Assembly: GCA_030447745.1 (NCBI GenBank)
Contig: JAUJOH010000003.1
Location: forward strand, 38,727 to 102,726
DNA from: Chloroflexota bacterium
GTDB taxonomy: Bacteria > Chloroflexota > Limnocylindria > Limnocylindrales > CSP1-4
Reading direction: 5' to 3'
DNA length: 64,000 nt
Under the pieces are notes generated by a model, which did no database searches, was not told the DNA's origin, and saw nothing but the letters and a program-made list of their open reading frames with translations. Positions 44,650 through 54,512 of this stretch are shown here, in pieces. The position numbers and the translations under genes are program-made. Within the stretch, counting starts at the first letter, position 1. Each line of letters starts with the position of its first letter.

Positions 44650-45807
44650 CTAACGCTCGACGAGCGCCTCCGCTTCCGGCCGCGCGGGCTCCACGCCGCT
44701 CGGCTGGTGCGTCCGGGCCGGCGCGAATGCCACCGTCTCGACGTCCCGCAGGCGCAGTCGCACGGCGTCGCCGGTGCGCAGCCGCCGAACGGCGGGTCCC
44801 GCCTCGCACCACAGCCGCACCCCGTCCGGCGCCTCGACCTCGAGCAGGATCTCCGAGCCGGTGAAGCGCCGCCGCACGATCCGCCAGGCGCCCGCCTCGG
44901 CCGGTCCGTCGGCGGCTTCCTCGAGCTCGACGTGCTCCGGCCGGATCACGGCGAGCGCCCCACCCTCGACCCGCCCGCCAGCCCCGACGAGTCGCACCGG
45001 ACCGAGGCGCGTCATCCCGGTCCCGTGCCGGCAATCCGCGTGGACGAGGTTCCCGATCCCGACGAACGTGGCCACGAACGGCGTGGCCGGTTCGCCGTAG
45101 ACGATCTCCGGCGGCGCGCACTGCTCGATCCGGCCCCGGACCATGACCGCCATCCGGTCGCCCAGCGTCAGCGCCTCGTCCTGGTCATGGGTGACCAGGA
45201 TCCCGCTTGCGCCGGCGGCACGCAGGATCTCACGGAGGTCGCCGCGCAGCTGCGTCCGCAGCGCCGCGTCGAGGTTGGAGAACGGCTCGTCGAGCAGGAC
45301 GATGTCCGGCCGCGGGGCGAGAGCGCGCGCGATCGCGACCCGTTGCTGCATGCCGCCGGAGAGCTCGTGCGGCATCCGATCTCCGGCGTCGGGCAGGTTG
45401 ACCAGCTCCAGCAGCTCCGCGACGCGCAGGGAGCGATCCGGGTCGCGTCGGATGCCGTACGCGACGTTGTCCGCGACGGTGAGGTGCGGAAACAGCGCGT
45501 GGTCCTGGAAGACCATGCCCACCCGTCGTCGCTCCGGGGGGACCGAGCCTCCCGCCCCGGCGACGCGCCGGCCGCCGATCTCGATCGTCCCGGCGTCCGG
45601 GTCCTCCAGGCCGGCCACCAGCCGGAGCACCGTCGTCTTGCCGCAGCCGGACGGGCCGAGCACGGTCAGCATCTCGCCGTGCCGCACCTCGAGGTCGACG
45701 CCGGCCACCGCGACCACGGAGCCGTACGTTCGCCGCAGGCCCGCGATCCGGAGGGCCGGGAGGGCCGGAGCCGCCGTGTCGCGCGGCACCCGATACGACC
45801 CGCTCAC
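44650..45807 (-). CDS. ABC transporter ATP-binding protein (FbpC/PotA-type)
   Basis: GTG at 45807 (GTGA overlap with the permease stop). Walker A is GPSGCGKTT, the signature is LSGGMQQR and Walker B is VLLDEP. A C-terminal TOBE-like domain is present. Confidence 0.9.
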   Translation of the reverse strand: MSGSYRVPRDTAAPALPALRIAGLRRTYGSVVAVAGVDLEVRHGEMLTVLGPSGCGKTTVLRLVAGLEDPDAGTIEIGGRRVAGAGGSVPPERRRVGMVFQDHALFPHLTVADNVAYGIRRDPDRSLRVAELLELVNLPDAGDRMPHELSGGMQQRVAIARALAPRPDIVLLDEPFSNLDAALRTQLRGDLREILRAAGASGILVTHDQDEALTLGDRMAVMVRGRIEQCAPPEIVYGEPATPFVATFVGIGNLVHADCRHGTGMTRLGPVRLVGAGGRVEGGALAVIRPEHVELEEAADGPAEAGAWRIVRRRFTGSEILLEVEAPDGVRLWCEAGPAVRRLRTGDAVRLRLRDVETVAFAPARTHQPSGVEPARPEAEALVER

Positions 45808-47435
45808 CGGGCGTCGTCCCGGAGTAGGACGGCGATCGTGCCGGCGGAAAGCAGGAGCAGGACGGCGGCCGGTCCGGCGGCGCGGGCGTAGAAGCCCTCG
45901 CTCGTCGTGCTCCAGATCTCTGTAGCCAGGGTCTCGAAACCGATCGGCCCGAGGATCAACGCCATCGGCAGCTCCTTGACCACGCTCAGGAAGACGAGCG
46001 CGGCACCGGCGAGGATGGCCGGGCGCACCAGTGGCAGCGTCACGCCCGTGAAGGCACGGACCGGACCGTCGCCCAGCGTCCGGCCGGCTTCCTCGAGCCG
46101 CGAGCCGCTTCGGGCGAGCGTGGCCCGAACGGGGCCGGTCGCCTCGGCCAGGAAGCGAATCGCGTACGCGGCAATCAGCAGGACGAGGGTCTGGTACAGG
46201 ACCGGCAGGACCGTCGTGGCGAGGAAGACGAGGGCCAGCGCGACGACGATGCCGGGCAGGGCGAACGAGGCGTACGAGGCGCGCTCGACGGCCCGTGCCA
46301 GACGCGTGGGATGGCGCGCGAGCAGCAGGCCGACGGGCAGCGCCAGCAACGCCGCCAGCCCGGCCGCCGCCACCCCGGTGCCGAGCGACGCCAGGATGGG
46401 TGCCATTCCCACGCGGAACGTCTCGCCCTGCGCCAGCGCCCGCAGCAGCCAGAAGGCGATCGTTGCCGCGGGCACCACGAGCGCGATCGCGACAACGGCC
46501 GCCACGAAGGCGACGGCCGGCCACCGCCACCTGCCGAGCGCCACGGGCTCCACCGGACGGCGTGCCGGCCGCCCGGCGAAGTCGCGAGCGCGGCGACGAA
46601 GCCGGGCCTCGCCCGAGGTGACGGCGAGCGTCATGGCGACCAGGATCAGGGCGAGGAGCGCGGCGAGCGATCGGTCGAACGTGGCCCGGTACTGGAGGTA
46701 GATGGCGCGGCTGAAGCTGTCGAACTGGAGCAGCGACACGGCCCCGAAGTCCGACAGCGCGTACAGCACGGCGAGCAGCGTTCCGGCCGCGATCGCCGGC
46801 GCGAGAAGCGGCAGGGTGACCCGGCGGAACACGGTGCGCCGGCCGTCGCCGAGCGTCCGCGCCGCCTCCTCCACAGAGCGGTCCTCGCGCAGCATGCCCG
46901 CCCGCACGGCAAGGACGACGTAGGGGTAGCTGGCGAGGATCAACACCAGCGCCGCGCCAGGCAGCCCGTAGATCTCCGGCAGGCGCTCGACACCGAGCGG
47001 CTGCAGGAGCCCCTGCAGGGCGCCGCGCGGCCCGAACGCCGCGACGAACGCGAAGCCGAGGACGTACGAGGGGATAGCGAGTGGCACCACCGTCAGGACG
47101 GTCCACAGCCGCCGGGCCGGGAGATCCGTGCGCGTCGTCAGCCAGGCGATCGGGACGCCGAGGCCGATTGTCCCGGCACCCACCACGAGCCCGAGGGCCA
47201 CGGTGGAGCCGAGGACGGCGGTCGTGCGGGGCCGGAGGACGAACGTGAGGGCATCGGCCTCGGTTCCGGCCGCGCGGATGACGAGGTAGACGAGCGGAAG
47301 GACCGACAGCGCCGCCACCGCAAGCCCGATGGCGACGAGGGCGAGCGGCGGCCGAGCGCCCGGGACGAGCCCGCCGACGCGAGCGCCGAGCGCGCCTCGC
47401 CCGCGCGGCGCGGGCGGGACGGTGAGGGGCTGCAA
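45804..47435 (-). CDS. iron(III)-type ABC transporter permease (duplicated permease domains)
   Basis: 543-aa polytopic protein with two EAA-like loops (..EEAARTLGDGRRTVFRRVTLP.. and ..EEAGRTLGDGPVRAFTGVTLP..). The start codon is uncertain; the ORF-track start is a TTG. Confidence 0.85.
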   Translation of the reverse strand: MQPLTVPPAPRGRGALGARVGGLVPGARPPLALVAIGLAVAALSVLPLVYLVIRAAGTEADALTFVLRPRTTAVLGSTVALGLVVGAGTIGLGVPIAWLTTRTDLPARRLWTVLTVVPLAIPSYVLGFAFVAAFGPRGALQGLLQPLGVERLPEIYGLPGAALVLILASYPYVVLAVRAGMLREDRSVEEAARTLGDGRRTVFRRVTLPLLAPAIAAGTLLAVLYALSDFGAVSLLQFDSFSRAIYLQYRATFDRSLAALLALILVAMTLAVTSGEARLRRRARDFAGRPARRPVEPVALGRWRWPAVAFVAAVVAIALVVPAATIAFWLLRALAQGETFRVGMAPILASLGTGVAAAGLAALLALPVGLLLARHPTRLARAVERASYASFALPGIVVALALVFLATTVLPVLYQTLVLLIAAYAIRFLAEATGPVRATLARSGSRLEEAGRTLGDGPVRAFTGVTLPLVRPAILAGAALVFLSVVKELPMALILGPIGFETLATEIWSTTSEGFYARAAGPAAVLLLLSAGTIAVLLRDDAR

Positions 47436-47457
47436 CGTCAGCCCCTCACCGGGCGGG

Positions 47458-48531
47458 TCACAGGACGCCTGCCTCCTGCATCAACTCCAGCGTGCCCTGC
47501 AGGTCCGCCAGGTCCGACAGGTCGATGTCGGGCGACTCGATCTCGGCGAGCGGCGGGAGCCGGTCGTCGGCGGCGACGCCGTCGACGACCGGGTACTCGT
47601 ACGTCTCCTCGGCGAAGTAGCGCTGGCTCTCCTCGCCGAGCAGGAAGTCGATGAAGGCGCGGGCCGCATCGGCATTCCTGGCGGTCGTCAGGACCGCCGC
47701 GCCGGCGACGTTGACGAGCGAGCCCGGATCGCCGCCCGGGAAGAAGTGGTTCGCGACCGGAACGTCACCGCGCTCCGCGATCGCCTCCAGCAGGTAGTAG
47801 TGGTTGATCAGAGCAACCTGGACCTCGCCGGCGGCGACGCCTTCGAGCGCCTGCGAGTTGCCCTCGTAGACCTTCGGCTGGTTTGCCTGCATGCCCTCGA
47901 GCCACGCCCGCGCAGCATCGTCGCCCTCGAGCACGCGCAGCGCCGTGACGAACGACTGGAAGGACGCGTTCGACGGAGCCCAGCCGAGCTTGCCTTTCCA
48001 CGCCGGATCGACGAAGTCGAGCACCGACGCGGGCAGGTCCGCCTCGCTCAGCACCCGCGTGTCGTACGCGGCAACCCTGGCCCGACCGGAGACACCGACC
48101 CACAGCCCGTCCGGCGAGCGAAATCGCTCGTCGACGAGATCGAGGATCTCCTGCGGCAGCTCGGTCAGGCGACCGTCGGCGGCGAGGGCGCCGAGCGCGC
48201 CGGCGTCCTGCGAGAAGAAGACGTCGGCCGGCGACGCGTCGCCCTCCTCGAGGATCGTCGCCGCCAGATCCGTCGTGCTCGCGTACTCGACGCTGACGTC
48301 CACGCCTGACTGCTCCTCGAACCGCTCGATGAGCGGGCCGACGAGCTCCTCCGACCGACCGGAGTAGATCGTCAGGCTGCCGCCTGGCTCTGCCGGTGCA
48401 CTGGTGCCCGGGCTGCTCGCGGCGGCGGCGCCACGGGGGGTCGAGGACTCGACCGGTGTGGGTGATGCGGCGCCGGTGCAGGCGGTGAGGGCGAGCGTCG
48501 CGACGAGGGCGATCGCCCCCAAGGGTCGCAT
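47458..48531 (-). CDS. iron(III)-type ABC transporter substrate-binding lipoprotein
   Basis: Trimmed to MRPLGAIALVATLALTACTG (lipobox). The body is FbpA/AfuA-like (..LTIYSGRSEELV.., ..VALINHYY..). Confidence 0.8.
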   Translation of the reverse strand: MRPLGAIALVATLALTACTGAASPTPVESSTPRGAAAASSPGTSAPAEPGGSLTIYSGRSEELVGPLIERFEEQSGVDVSVEYASTTDLAATILEEGDASPADVFFSQDAGALGALAADGRLTELPQEILDLVDERFRSPDGLWVGVSGRARVAAYDTRVLSEADLPASVLDFVDPAWKGKLGWAPSNASFQSFVTALRVLEGDDAARAWLEGMQANQPKVYEGNSQALEGVAAGEVQVALINHYYLLEAIAERGDVPVANHFFPGGDPGSLVNVAGAAVLTTARNADAARAFIDFLLGEESQRYFAEETYEYPVVDGVAADDRLPPLAEIESPDIDLSDLADLQGTLELMQEAGVL

Positions 48532-48681
48532 GCGTCGCGTGCCGTGACGGGCGGACAAGGCGAAACCTCTCAGACTCGGCTCGATGGACACCGAGATCCT
48601 AGAGCGCCTTGCCTCGTCTGGTCAACCGAGCCTAAGCTGGGGACTCAAGGGCGCTTGAACGAGGACGCTGGCCGGGATGGC

Positions 48682-48707
48682 GGCGGGGAGACCGAAGCCT
48701 CCCCGCC
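48682..48707 (-). terminator. GC-rich hairpin downstream of 48731..49267
   Basis: 9-bp perfect stem GGCGGGGAG/CTCCCCGCC with an 8-nt loop, about 25 nt after the stop codon. There is no U-tract, which is usual in high-GC genomes. Confidence 0.45.
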
Positions 48708-48730
48708 GATCCGTCGCAAGCGGTGAGCCT

Positions 48731-49267
48731 CTAGCGGCGGCCGCCCATCATGTTCTTGACGGCCATGGCCGCGATGCCGCCGAGGGCGGCCTTGGCGATC
48801 GGGTTCGAGAGCATCCCGCCACCGCCGCCGCCACCACCGCCGCCCAGCGCGCCGCCGAGGGCGCCACCCAGGCCACCACCGCCGCCGCCACCCAGGATCT
48901 GGCCGAGGAGCCCCGGCTGCTGCTGGTGGATGCGACCGGTCATCTGCGCCAGGAAGCCCGGGTCCTGGAGGCGGTCGTCCTGCCCATCCTGGTTGAGGTC
49001 CGGAAAGTTGACGCCGTACTGCGGCGCCCGCTGCTGGATGTGGCGTCCGAGCTCCATCCGCTGCTGCGGGCTCAGCCGGCTGAAGGACTCCTGCGCCGAG
49101 CGCTGGTAGACATCAGGCGGGAGCTGGGGCGCGACCTGCTGGTAGCGGTTGTAGGCCTCGTCGTCGGAGATCCCGTCCCACGGCGCGCCCTGCTCGTAGC
49201 GGTTCGTGAACTCCGAGAACTCGTCCTGCTGCTGCTGGCCACCGAGGATCCCTGAGAGCAAATCCAT
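48731..49267 (-). CDS. hypothetical Gln- and Gly-rich protein
   Basis: Trimmed to MDLLSGILGGQQQQDEF. There is a central Q-rich region, a poly-Gly tract (GGGGGGGLGGALGGALGGGGGGGGGG) and a C-terminal hydrophobic helix (AKAALGGIAAMAV). GC3 is good. No family was recognised. Confidence 0.55.
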   Translation of the reverse strand: MDLLSGILGGQQQQDEFSEFTNRYEQGAPWDGISDDEAYNRYQQVAPQLPPDVYQRSAQESFSRLSPQQRMELGRHIQQRAPQYGVNFPDLNQDGQDDRLQDPGFLAQMTGRIHQQQPGLLGQILGGGGGGGLGGALGGALGGGGGGGGGGMLSNPIAKAALGGIAAMAVKNMMGGRR

Positions 49268-49753
49268 GTCGCTTCTCCTGCTCCGCGCGCCTGCGGGTCC
49301 GGCTGGGCGGGCTGTCGGGTGGCCCGGTTCGATCGCCGAGGCCAGCAGGCTCGGGGACGTCGGGACGCGCCGGTGTTCCATGGGCGGCACACGACGTTTC
49401 AGAGACCGAACGATCCGCGGAGATGCGTCCCTGCGCCGCGCCCGGACGTGCGGCCGCGACAGCTCGTGGCCGAGACGTGGGACCGGCCGCCGCGGGTGCC
49501 GGATATGCACGCGGTGCATCGAACCCGCCGCGTGGTTCCGAAACGTGGCCGGGGATGCGCACCGGCACTGGTGGGCACGGAATGACGCGCCCGCCGCGCC
49601 GATCCGTGCTGGGCAGGAACGCGGAGGGCGCCGAATCTCGGCCCAACAGTCCACCGGCGAATGTCTGTCCGGAACAGCGGCGGAGGGACTGGGGACCCGA
49701 CGGACCGCCGGATCAGGGCAGGAGCCGGCTGTGGGGCGACCAACCTGGGCTGA

Positions 49754-51082
49754 TCAGGCCGAGGCGCCCACCCGGTGCACCGGCTCGCCCGTCACGGCAA
49801 CGCGCTCGATCAGGTCGGCCGCCTTGGCAATCCCGGGCTCCGCCTTGACCCGCGCCGACATCGCCGCCAGCCGGCCGTGGAGCGCACGGTCAGCGAGCAG
49901 CCGCTCGATCGCGCGCGTCAGTTCCCGGTCCCGAAACCCATGGGTCGAGAGACGGACGCCGAAGCCCGTCTCGTCGACGCGTTGCGCGTTGTCGACCTGG
50001 TCCCAGAAGAACGGCAGCACGACCATCGGCTTGCCGTGGTGGAACGCCTCGGTGACGGTGCTGTTGCCGCCGTGGGTGATCACCAGGTGGACCTGCGGCA
50101 GGATTGCCGGCTGGGGCAGGAACGCGTCGCCCGTCATGTTGTCGTGGAGCGCGATCTGGTCGGCCAGCGGTCCCTTCGAGACGACCACGCGGTGGCGGGT
50201 CGCACCGAGCACGTCGACCAGCCGCTGCACCAGCTCGACGTCCGCCGACCCGAGCGACCCGAGCGACAGGTAGATCAGCGCGCCGTCACCACCCGAGAGG
50301 TGGTCCGGCAGCTCCCACGTCCCGTCCGTCGCGCGCACGATCGACTGGAGCCGGTGCCAGTCGGCGCGAGCGGTCGCTCGCGCCGGTAGTCGGCGTCGGC
50401 CGGGTACAGGAAGAGGTTCAGCGACCGCGACTCGTGGATGAAGTCGGGACCCGTCTCGTGCCAGTCGAGCGGCGGTGCCCCGCGGGTCTGGACGAAGGCG
50501 TTGAAGTCCTCCCACATCGGCCGGTGGGTGCGCTCCACCTCGTCGAGGAAGGTGCACCAGTGCGTCCGTTCGCCGGCCGGATAGCCGGACGAGAAGGGCG
50601 GGATCGCGGGATCCTTGATCTCGGCCGGTTTCGGCTCGCGATCCGTACCCACGACCTGCCGGAGGCGGGCAAGGCCGGGAAGGCGACGACGTTGTCCTCG
50701 ACGATGGCGTCGGGAGCGAGGTCCTCGAAGATCTCGACCAGCCGCTCGTCGACGTACTTCGCGCCGTCGATGAGCGCCTGCCACGTCGGCACGATGAACT
50801 CGGACAGCTGCTCTAGCGTAGACTTCCGGAGGATCGGCGACGTGTCGCGGATGAAGTCGATCCAGAACTGGCCGGGCGTCGCTTCCTTGTCGGGCCGTGG
50901 CGAGAGGCGCGCATCAGGCGCTCCTCGAACCCCTTCGCCTCGAGCGTGCCTGCGAACGACTCCTCGACGATGAAGACGACCCGGTGGCCGCGCTGGCGCA
51001 GGACGTCGCCGATCCCGAGACAGTTGTTCGTCGGCCCGTACGCGCCCTCGGGAAAGAAGACGATCGTCCGCTGGTCGGCCAC
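49754..51082 (-). pseudogene. GT1-family (MGT/UDP-glycosyltransferase) gene with three frameshifts
   Basis: N-terminus MADQRTIVFFPEGAYGPTNNCLGIGDVLRQRGH, then ..PTWQALIDGAKYVDERLVEIFED.., then ..DPAIPPFSSGYPAGERTHW.., then the C-terminal donor-binding domain ..VITHGGNSTVTEAFHHGKPMVVLPFFWDQ.. These lie in four successive frames. Confidence 0.7.
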
Positions 51083-51178
51083 CGGGGGCGCCTCCTCCTC
51101 AGAGTTCCGAGATTATCGTGGGAGCGGCAGCGGCAGCGCCGGAGGACCCGCGCCGTAGCCGAGGCCGAGGACCAGGCA

Positions 51179-51415
51179 GATACCACCCCGAGTCGTGCCG
51201 GTGACTTGTCATCCTGCGGTCCCTCGTGGCCCGCATTTTCGGGCCAGCCACCATCCCGGGTGGTAGGCGACAGGGCCAGCGCGTGCAGACGTTGGCCACC
51301 ACTACTCCCGGTGGTATCCGGGGACGGATTGCGCCGAGGCGGCTCGCTACACGATCGGGGCTGGTAGGCACTCGGTCAACGCGCGCTACCACCAGCCCCC
51401 GTGGTAACCGGCGAC
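51179..51415. repeat. composite multi-hairpin repeat, divergent copy C
   Basis: GATACCACCCCGAGTCGTG, CCACCATCCCGGGTGGTAGGCGAC, CCACCACTACTCCCGGTGGTATCCGG, CTACACGATCGGGGCTGGTAGGCAC, CTACCACCAGCCCCCGTGGTAACCGGCGAC. The stem vocabulary matches copies A and B. Confidence 0.75.
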
Positions 51416-51459
51416 CGATCGCCCGCCGCGCCCGCCGGACTCGCTGGGCTCGCCGGCCG

Positions 51460-52222
51460 TCAGCCGAACGCCGTGAGTGCCACGACCGCCACGACGATGC
51501 CGGCGATTGCCGCGGCCCCGTCCAGCCACGTCCACGGGACCTCGCGAAACCGCGTGCGCGGCCCGCTCGCGAATCCGCGGGCGTCCATGGCCAGCGCAAG
51601 GCGGTCGCCGTGGCGGATGGCGAGGACCAGCAGCGCGACGAGCAGGCGCGGATGCCAGCTCCCGGCAAGGCCGCGGATGCGGCGCGCGCTCGCGAAGCGT
51701 CGTCAGGTCCTCACCGAAACGAGGCACCGCCTGGTACGCCGCCAGCGCACCGTAGGCGAAGCGCGGCGAGACCCCCGCCTGCTGGACGAGCAGATCGACC
51801 AGGCGGGTCGAGTCCGTGGTTTGGGCAAATGCCACGCCGATCGATGCGATCGCGATCACGCGCGCGGCGACGCCGATGCCGGCCGCGACCGCGGGCTCGG
51901 TCAGCCGCAGGGGCCCGAGCCGAAGCAGCTCGGCGGCCGCCGGGTCGGTATTGGCGGCCGAGAAGAGGGCATTGAACGCGCCGACGGACACCGCCACTCC
52001 CCACAGCGGCAGTACGCCGCGCGCCAACCTGCCCGGCGGCACCCGACCGACGGTCGCGGCCAGCACGAGCGCAACCGCGGCGATCGCGAGCGCCGGCGCC
52101 ACGTTCGTCGTCGTCGCGAGCGCCACCAACCACCCGACGGCGACGGCCAGCTTGAGCAGCGGGCTGACCCGACCGAGCGGCGAGCGGAGCGCGCGGTCGG
52201 CCGGCTCGACGCGGGCGATCAC
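51460..52222 (-). pseudogene. ykoC: ECF transporter T component (YkoC/EcfT/CbiQ-like) with one frameshift
   Basis: Membrane protein MIARVEPADRALRSPLGRVSPLLKL.. After ..TLRERA (~51685, inside a gcgcgcgc run) the frame must shift. The shifted frame reads the expected RRIRGLAGSWHPRLLVALLVLAIRHGDRLALAMDARGF.. and ends at TGA 51460. Confidence 0.65.
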
Positions 52223-53730
52223 CCGGCCATCGCCCTGGGGACGATCCGCCCGTCCGCCATTTCGACCCGACGATCCGCAATGTCGGCGACGAACCGTTCG
52301 TCATGCGTCGCCGCCACGATCGCCGTCCCATCCTCGAACCGTTCGGCCAGGATCTCGAGCAGGGCCTGGTAGCCATGACGGTCCTGCGCGAACGTCGGCT
52401 CGTCGAGGACCACCAGCTCCGGTCGCCGGACCAGCACGCAGGCCAGCGACAGCCGGCGCTGCTCGCCACCGGAGAGCCGGTACGGGCTGCGCGTGCCGAA
52501 CGTGCCGAGCGGCAGGCCGATGCGCTCCATCAGCTCGTCGACCCTGCGGTGCTCATCGCGCCGGAGCCCCAGCCGGACCTCCTCGTTGACGGTCGCGGCC
52601 AGGAACTGCCGCTCCGGGTCCTGGAAGACGTAGCCGGCCAGCCGCGCCAGCGACGCCGGCGCGAGTGCTGCCGGATCGAGGCCGTCGACGCGGAGCGTCC
52701 CGCGCTCCGGCCGCAGCAGGCCCACGAGCAGGCGCCCGAGCGTCGATTTGCCGCTCCCGTTTGGGCCGACGAGGGCGACCCGCTCGCCGCGCCGGATCGC
52801 GACGTCGACGTCGCACAGGACCGGCCAGCCGCGCTCGTAGCCGAACCACACGTCGTAGGCCTCGGCGATCGGGACGCCGCCCGTGCCGGAGCCGTCGCCG
52901 GTGGCGGCCGGCTTCGGCCGCGCGGAGTCCCGCGTCGGCAGCCAGATGCCGGCCTCCTTCATCACCCGGCGCGACCGCCGGAGCACGTTGGCGGGCGGCC
53001 CGAGGTCGATCGGCCGGCCGTCCGCGCCCAGCGCCAGAACGAGATCGGCCAGCGGCCAGCACTCCTCGACCCGGTGCTCGATCAGCACGATCGTCGCGTC
53101 TCCGCGAGCCCGGATCGCGCCCAGCCGAGCGAGCAGGGTGCGCGCCGCCGACGGATCGAGGTTGGCCAGCGGCTCGTCGAGGACCAGCACGCCCGGCCGC
53201 GTGGCGAGAACTCCCGCCAGCGCGAGGCGCTGCTGCTCGCCGCCTGACAGCCGGTTCGGCCGGCGTCGCTGGTAACCGGCCAGGCCAACCTCCGCGAGCG
53301 CGTGGGGCACGCGCTCGACCATGGCGGCCCTCGGCCAGCCACGGTTCTCCAGCCCGAACGCGACGTCGTCCTCGACCCGCTCCATCACGAGCTGGCGGTC
53401 CGGGTCCTGGAACAGCAGCCCGACCCGGCCGCCGAGCGCTCCCATTCCCGACGCGGTGTCGACGCCGTCGACTTCCAGCCAGCCGGTCCACTCGCCCGGG
53501 ACCTCGCGCGGGACCAGCCCGGCGAGCGCCAGCGCAAGCGTGCTCTTCCCCGAGCCGCTCGGCCCGACGACCAGCAGGCACTGGCCAGGCTCGACGTCGA
53601 AGGCGAGGTCCGAGAGCGCCGCGCGATCCGCGCCGGCATAGCGGAACCCGAGACCCGCCGCCCGGATGCGCCCGGCCGCGGGACGTGGTTCGCGAGGACC
53701 GGGTGCGAGGGTGGCGGCGGTGGTCGTCAG
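52219..53730 (-). CDS. ykoD: ECF transporter duplicated ATPase (YkoD-like, two ABC domains)
   Basis: There are two Walker A sites (GPSGSGKST, GPNGSGKST) and two signatures (LSGGEQQR, LSGGEQRR) in one frame. No ATG, GTG or TTG lies in frame upstream of the first P-loop. The only plausible start is CTG at 53730, overlapping the ykoE stop (CTGA). Confidence 0.75.
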   Translation of the reverse strand: MTTTAATLAPGPREPRPAAGRIRAAGLGFRYAGADRAALSDLAFDVEPGQCLLVVGPSGSGKSTLALALAGLVPREVPGEWTGWLEVDGVDTASGMGALGGRVGLLFQDPDRQLVMERVEDDVAFGLENRGWPRAAMVERVPHALAEVGLAGYQRRRPNRLSGGEQQRLALAGVLATRPGVLVLDEPLANLDPSAARTLLARLGAIRARGDATIVLIEHRVEECWPLADLVLALGADGRPIDLGPPANVLRRSRRVMKEAGIWLPTRDSARPKPAATGDGSGTGGVPIAEAYDVWFGYERGWPVLCDVDVAIRRGERVALVGPNGSGKSTLGRLLVGLLRPERGTLRVDGLDPAALAPASLARLAGYVFQDPERQFLAATVNEEVRLGLRRDEHRRVDELMERIGLPLGTFGTRSPYRLSGGEQRRLSLACVLVRRPELVVLDEPTFAQDRHGYQALLEILAERFEDGTAIVAATHDERFVADIADRRVEMADGRIVPRAMAG

Positions 53731-54323
53731 GCGGGGAATCCCTCCAGTACGCCGGCGTCACGCAGGGCGCGGACCAGCAGGATCGCGGCGAGCGGCAGGA
53801 TCACGACGGCCGACACCGCCATGAAGGCACCGATCACCAGGATGGCATCGAGCGCGAAGGCCGGGTAGTACACGACCCAGTCGTGCACCCACGCTGCGGC
53901 GGCGCTCGCGAGCGACGCGGCTGCCAGTACCGGCCACGACCAGAACCGGTAGAGAGTAAACGCGAAGACCATCTCGGCCGCGGCCCCCTGCACGAATCCG
54001 GACAGCAGCGTGTCCGGCCCCCACTGGCTGCCGAGAAGCGTCGACAGTCCTGCGGCGACCATCTCCGCGAAGAGCGCAGCACCGGGCTTCCGGACGATCG
54101 CCGCCGCGACGATGGCGGGCATCAGCCAGACGGCATACAAGAGGTTCTGCGCCGGGCCCAGGAAATTCAGCGCGGACCATACAAAGCCGAACCCGAGAAA
54201 GGCGAGGCCGAACGCGACCGCGATGACGGCCGTGATCACGATGTCGCGGGTTCGCCAGGAGGGCGCGTCGTACGGCTGGGTCTGCGCGCGGGTCAGGGAC
54301 ATGATCTCGAGCACCTCCGTCAC
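53727..54323 (-). CDS. ykoE: ECF transporter S component (YkoE-like, thiamine-precursor type)
   Basis: Six hydrophobic helices, located directly downstream of a TPP riboswitch and upstream of the ATPase and T components. ATG 54302 is an alternative start. Confidence 0.75.
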   Translation of the reverse strand: MTEVLEIMSLTRAQTQPYDAPSWRTRDIVITAVIAVAFGLAFLGFGFVWSALNFLGPAQNLLYAVWLMPAIVAAAIVRKPGAALFAEMVAAGLSTLLGSQWGPDTLLSGFVQGAAAEMVFAFTLYRFWSWPVLAAASLASAAAAWVHDWVVYYPAFALDAILVIGAFMAVSAVVILPLAAILLVRALRDAGVLEGFPA

Positions 54324-54354
54324 GCTCTGGCCCCGTCGCCGGGGGACGAGGGCA

Positions 54355-54455
54355 TCGAGCGTTCGGGCCTGCTTCCTTCGCCGGTACGAGCCGGATCAGG
54401 TTCGGCGGGTCTGTGGTCGAACCACACTCTCAGCGCGGATGCGCTCCCCGGAGGC
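54355..54455 (-). promoter_or_regulatory. TPP (THI-box) riboswitch
   Basis: The minus strand reads GGGGAGCGC..GCTGAGA..ACCC..GAACCTGATCCGGCTCGTACCGGCGAAGGAAGC..CGCTC. This matches the conserved THI-box elements CTGAGA, ACCTGATC-GG and GGGAA-like, with a closing P1. It lies ~30 nt before ykoE. Confidence 0.8.
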
Positions 54456-54512
54456 GGGTGTTCGGTTGTGCCGCCGAGTCTACACCGGCGCCCGATTCGA
54501 CGGCCTACGGCG

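Noticed and set aside
44555-44650. tRNA-like T-arm sequence (minus strand GGGTTCGATTCCC) next to repeat copy B. It suggested a tRNA or tmRNA 3' fragment and hence an integration scar.
   Set aside because: Only 3 bp of T-stem can pair. No complementary acceptor 5' strand, D arm or anticodon arm could be folded, and the homologous copy at 10.27 kb does not include this segment.
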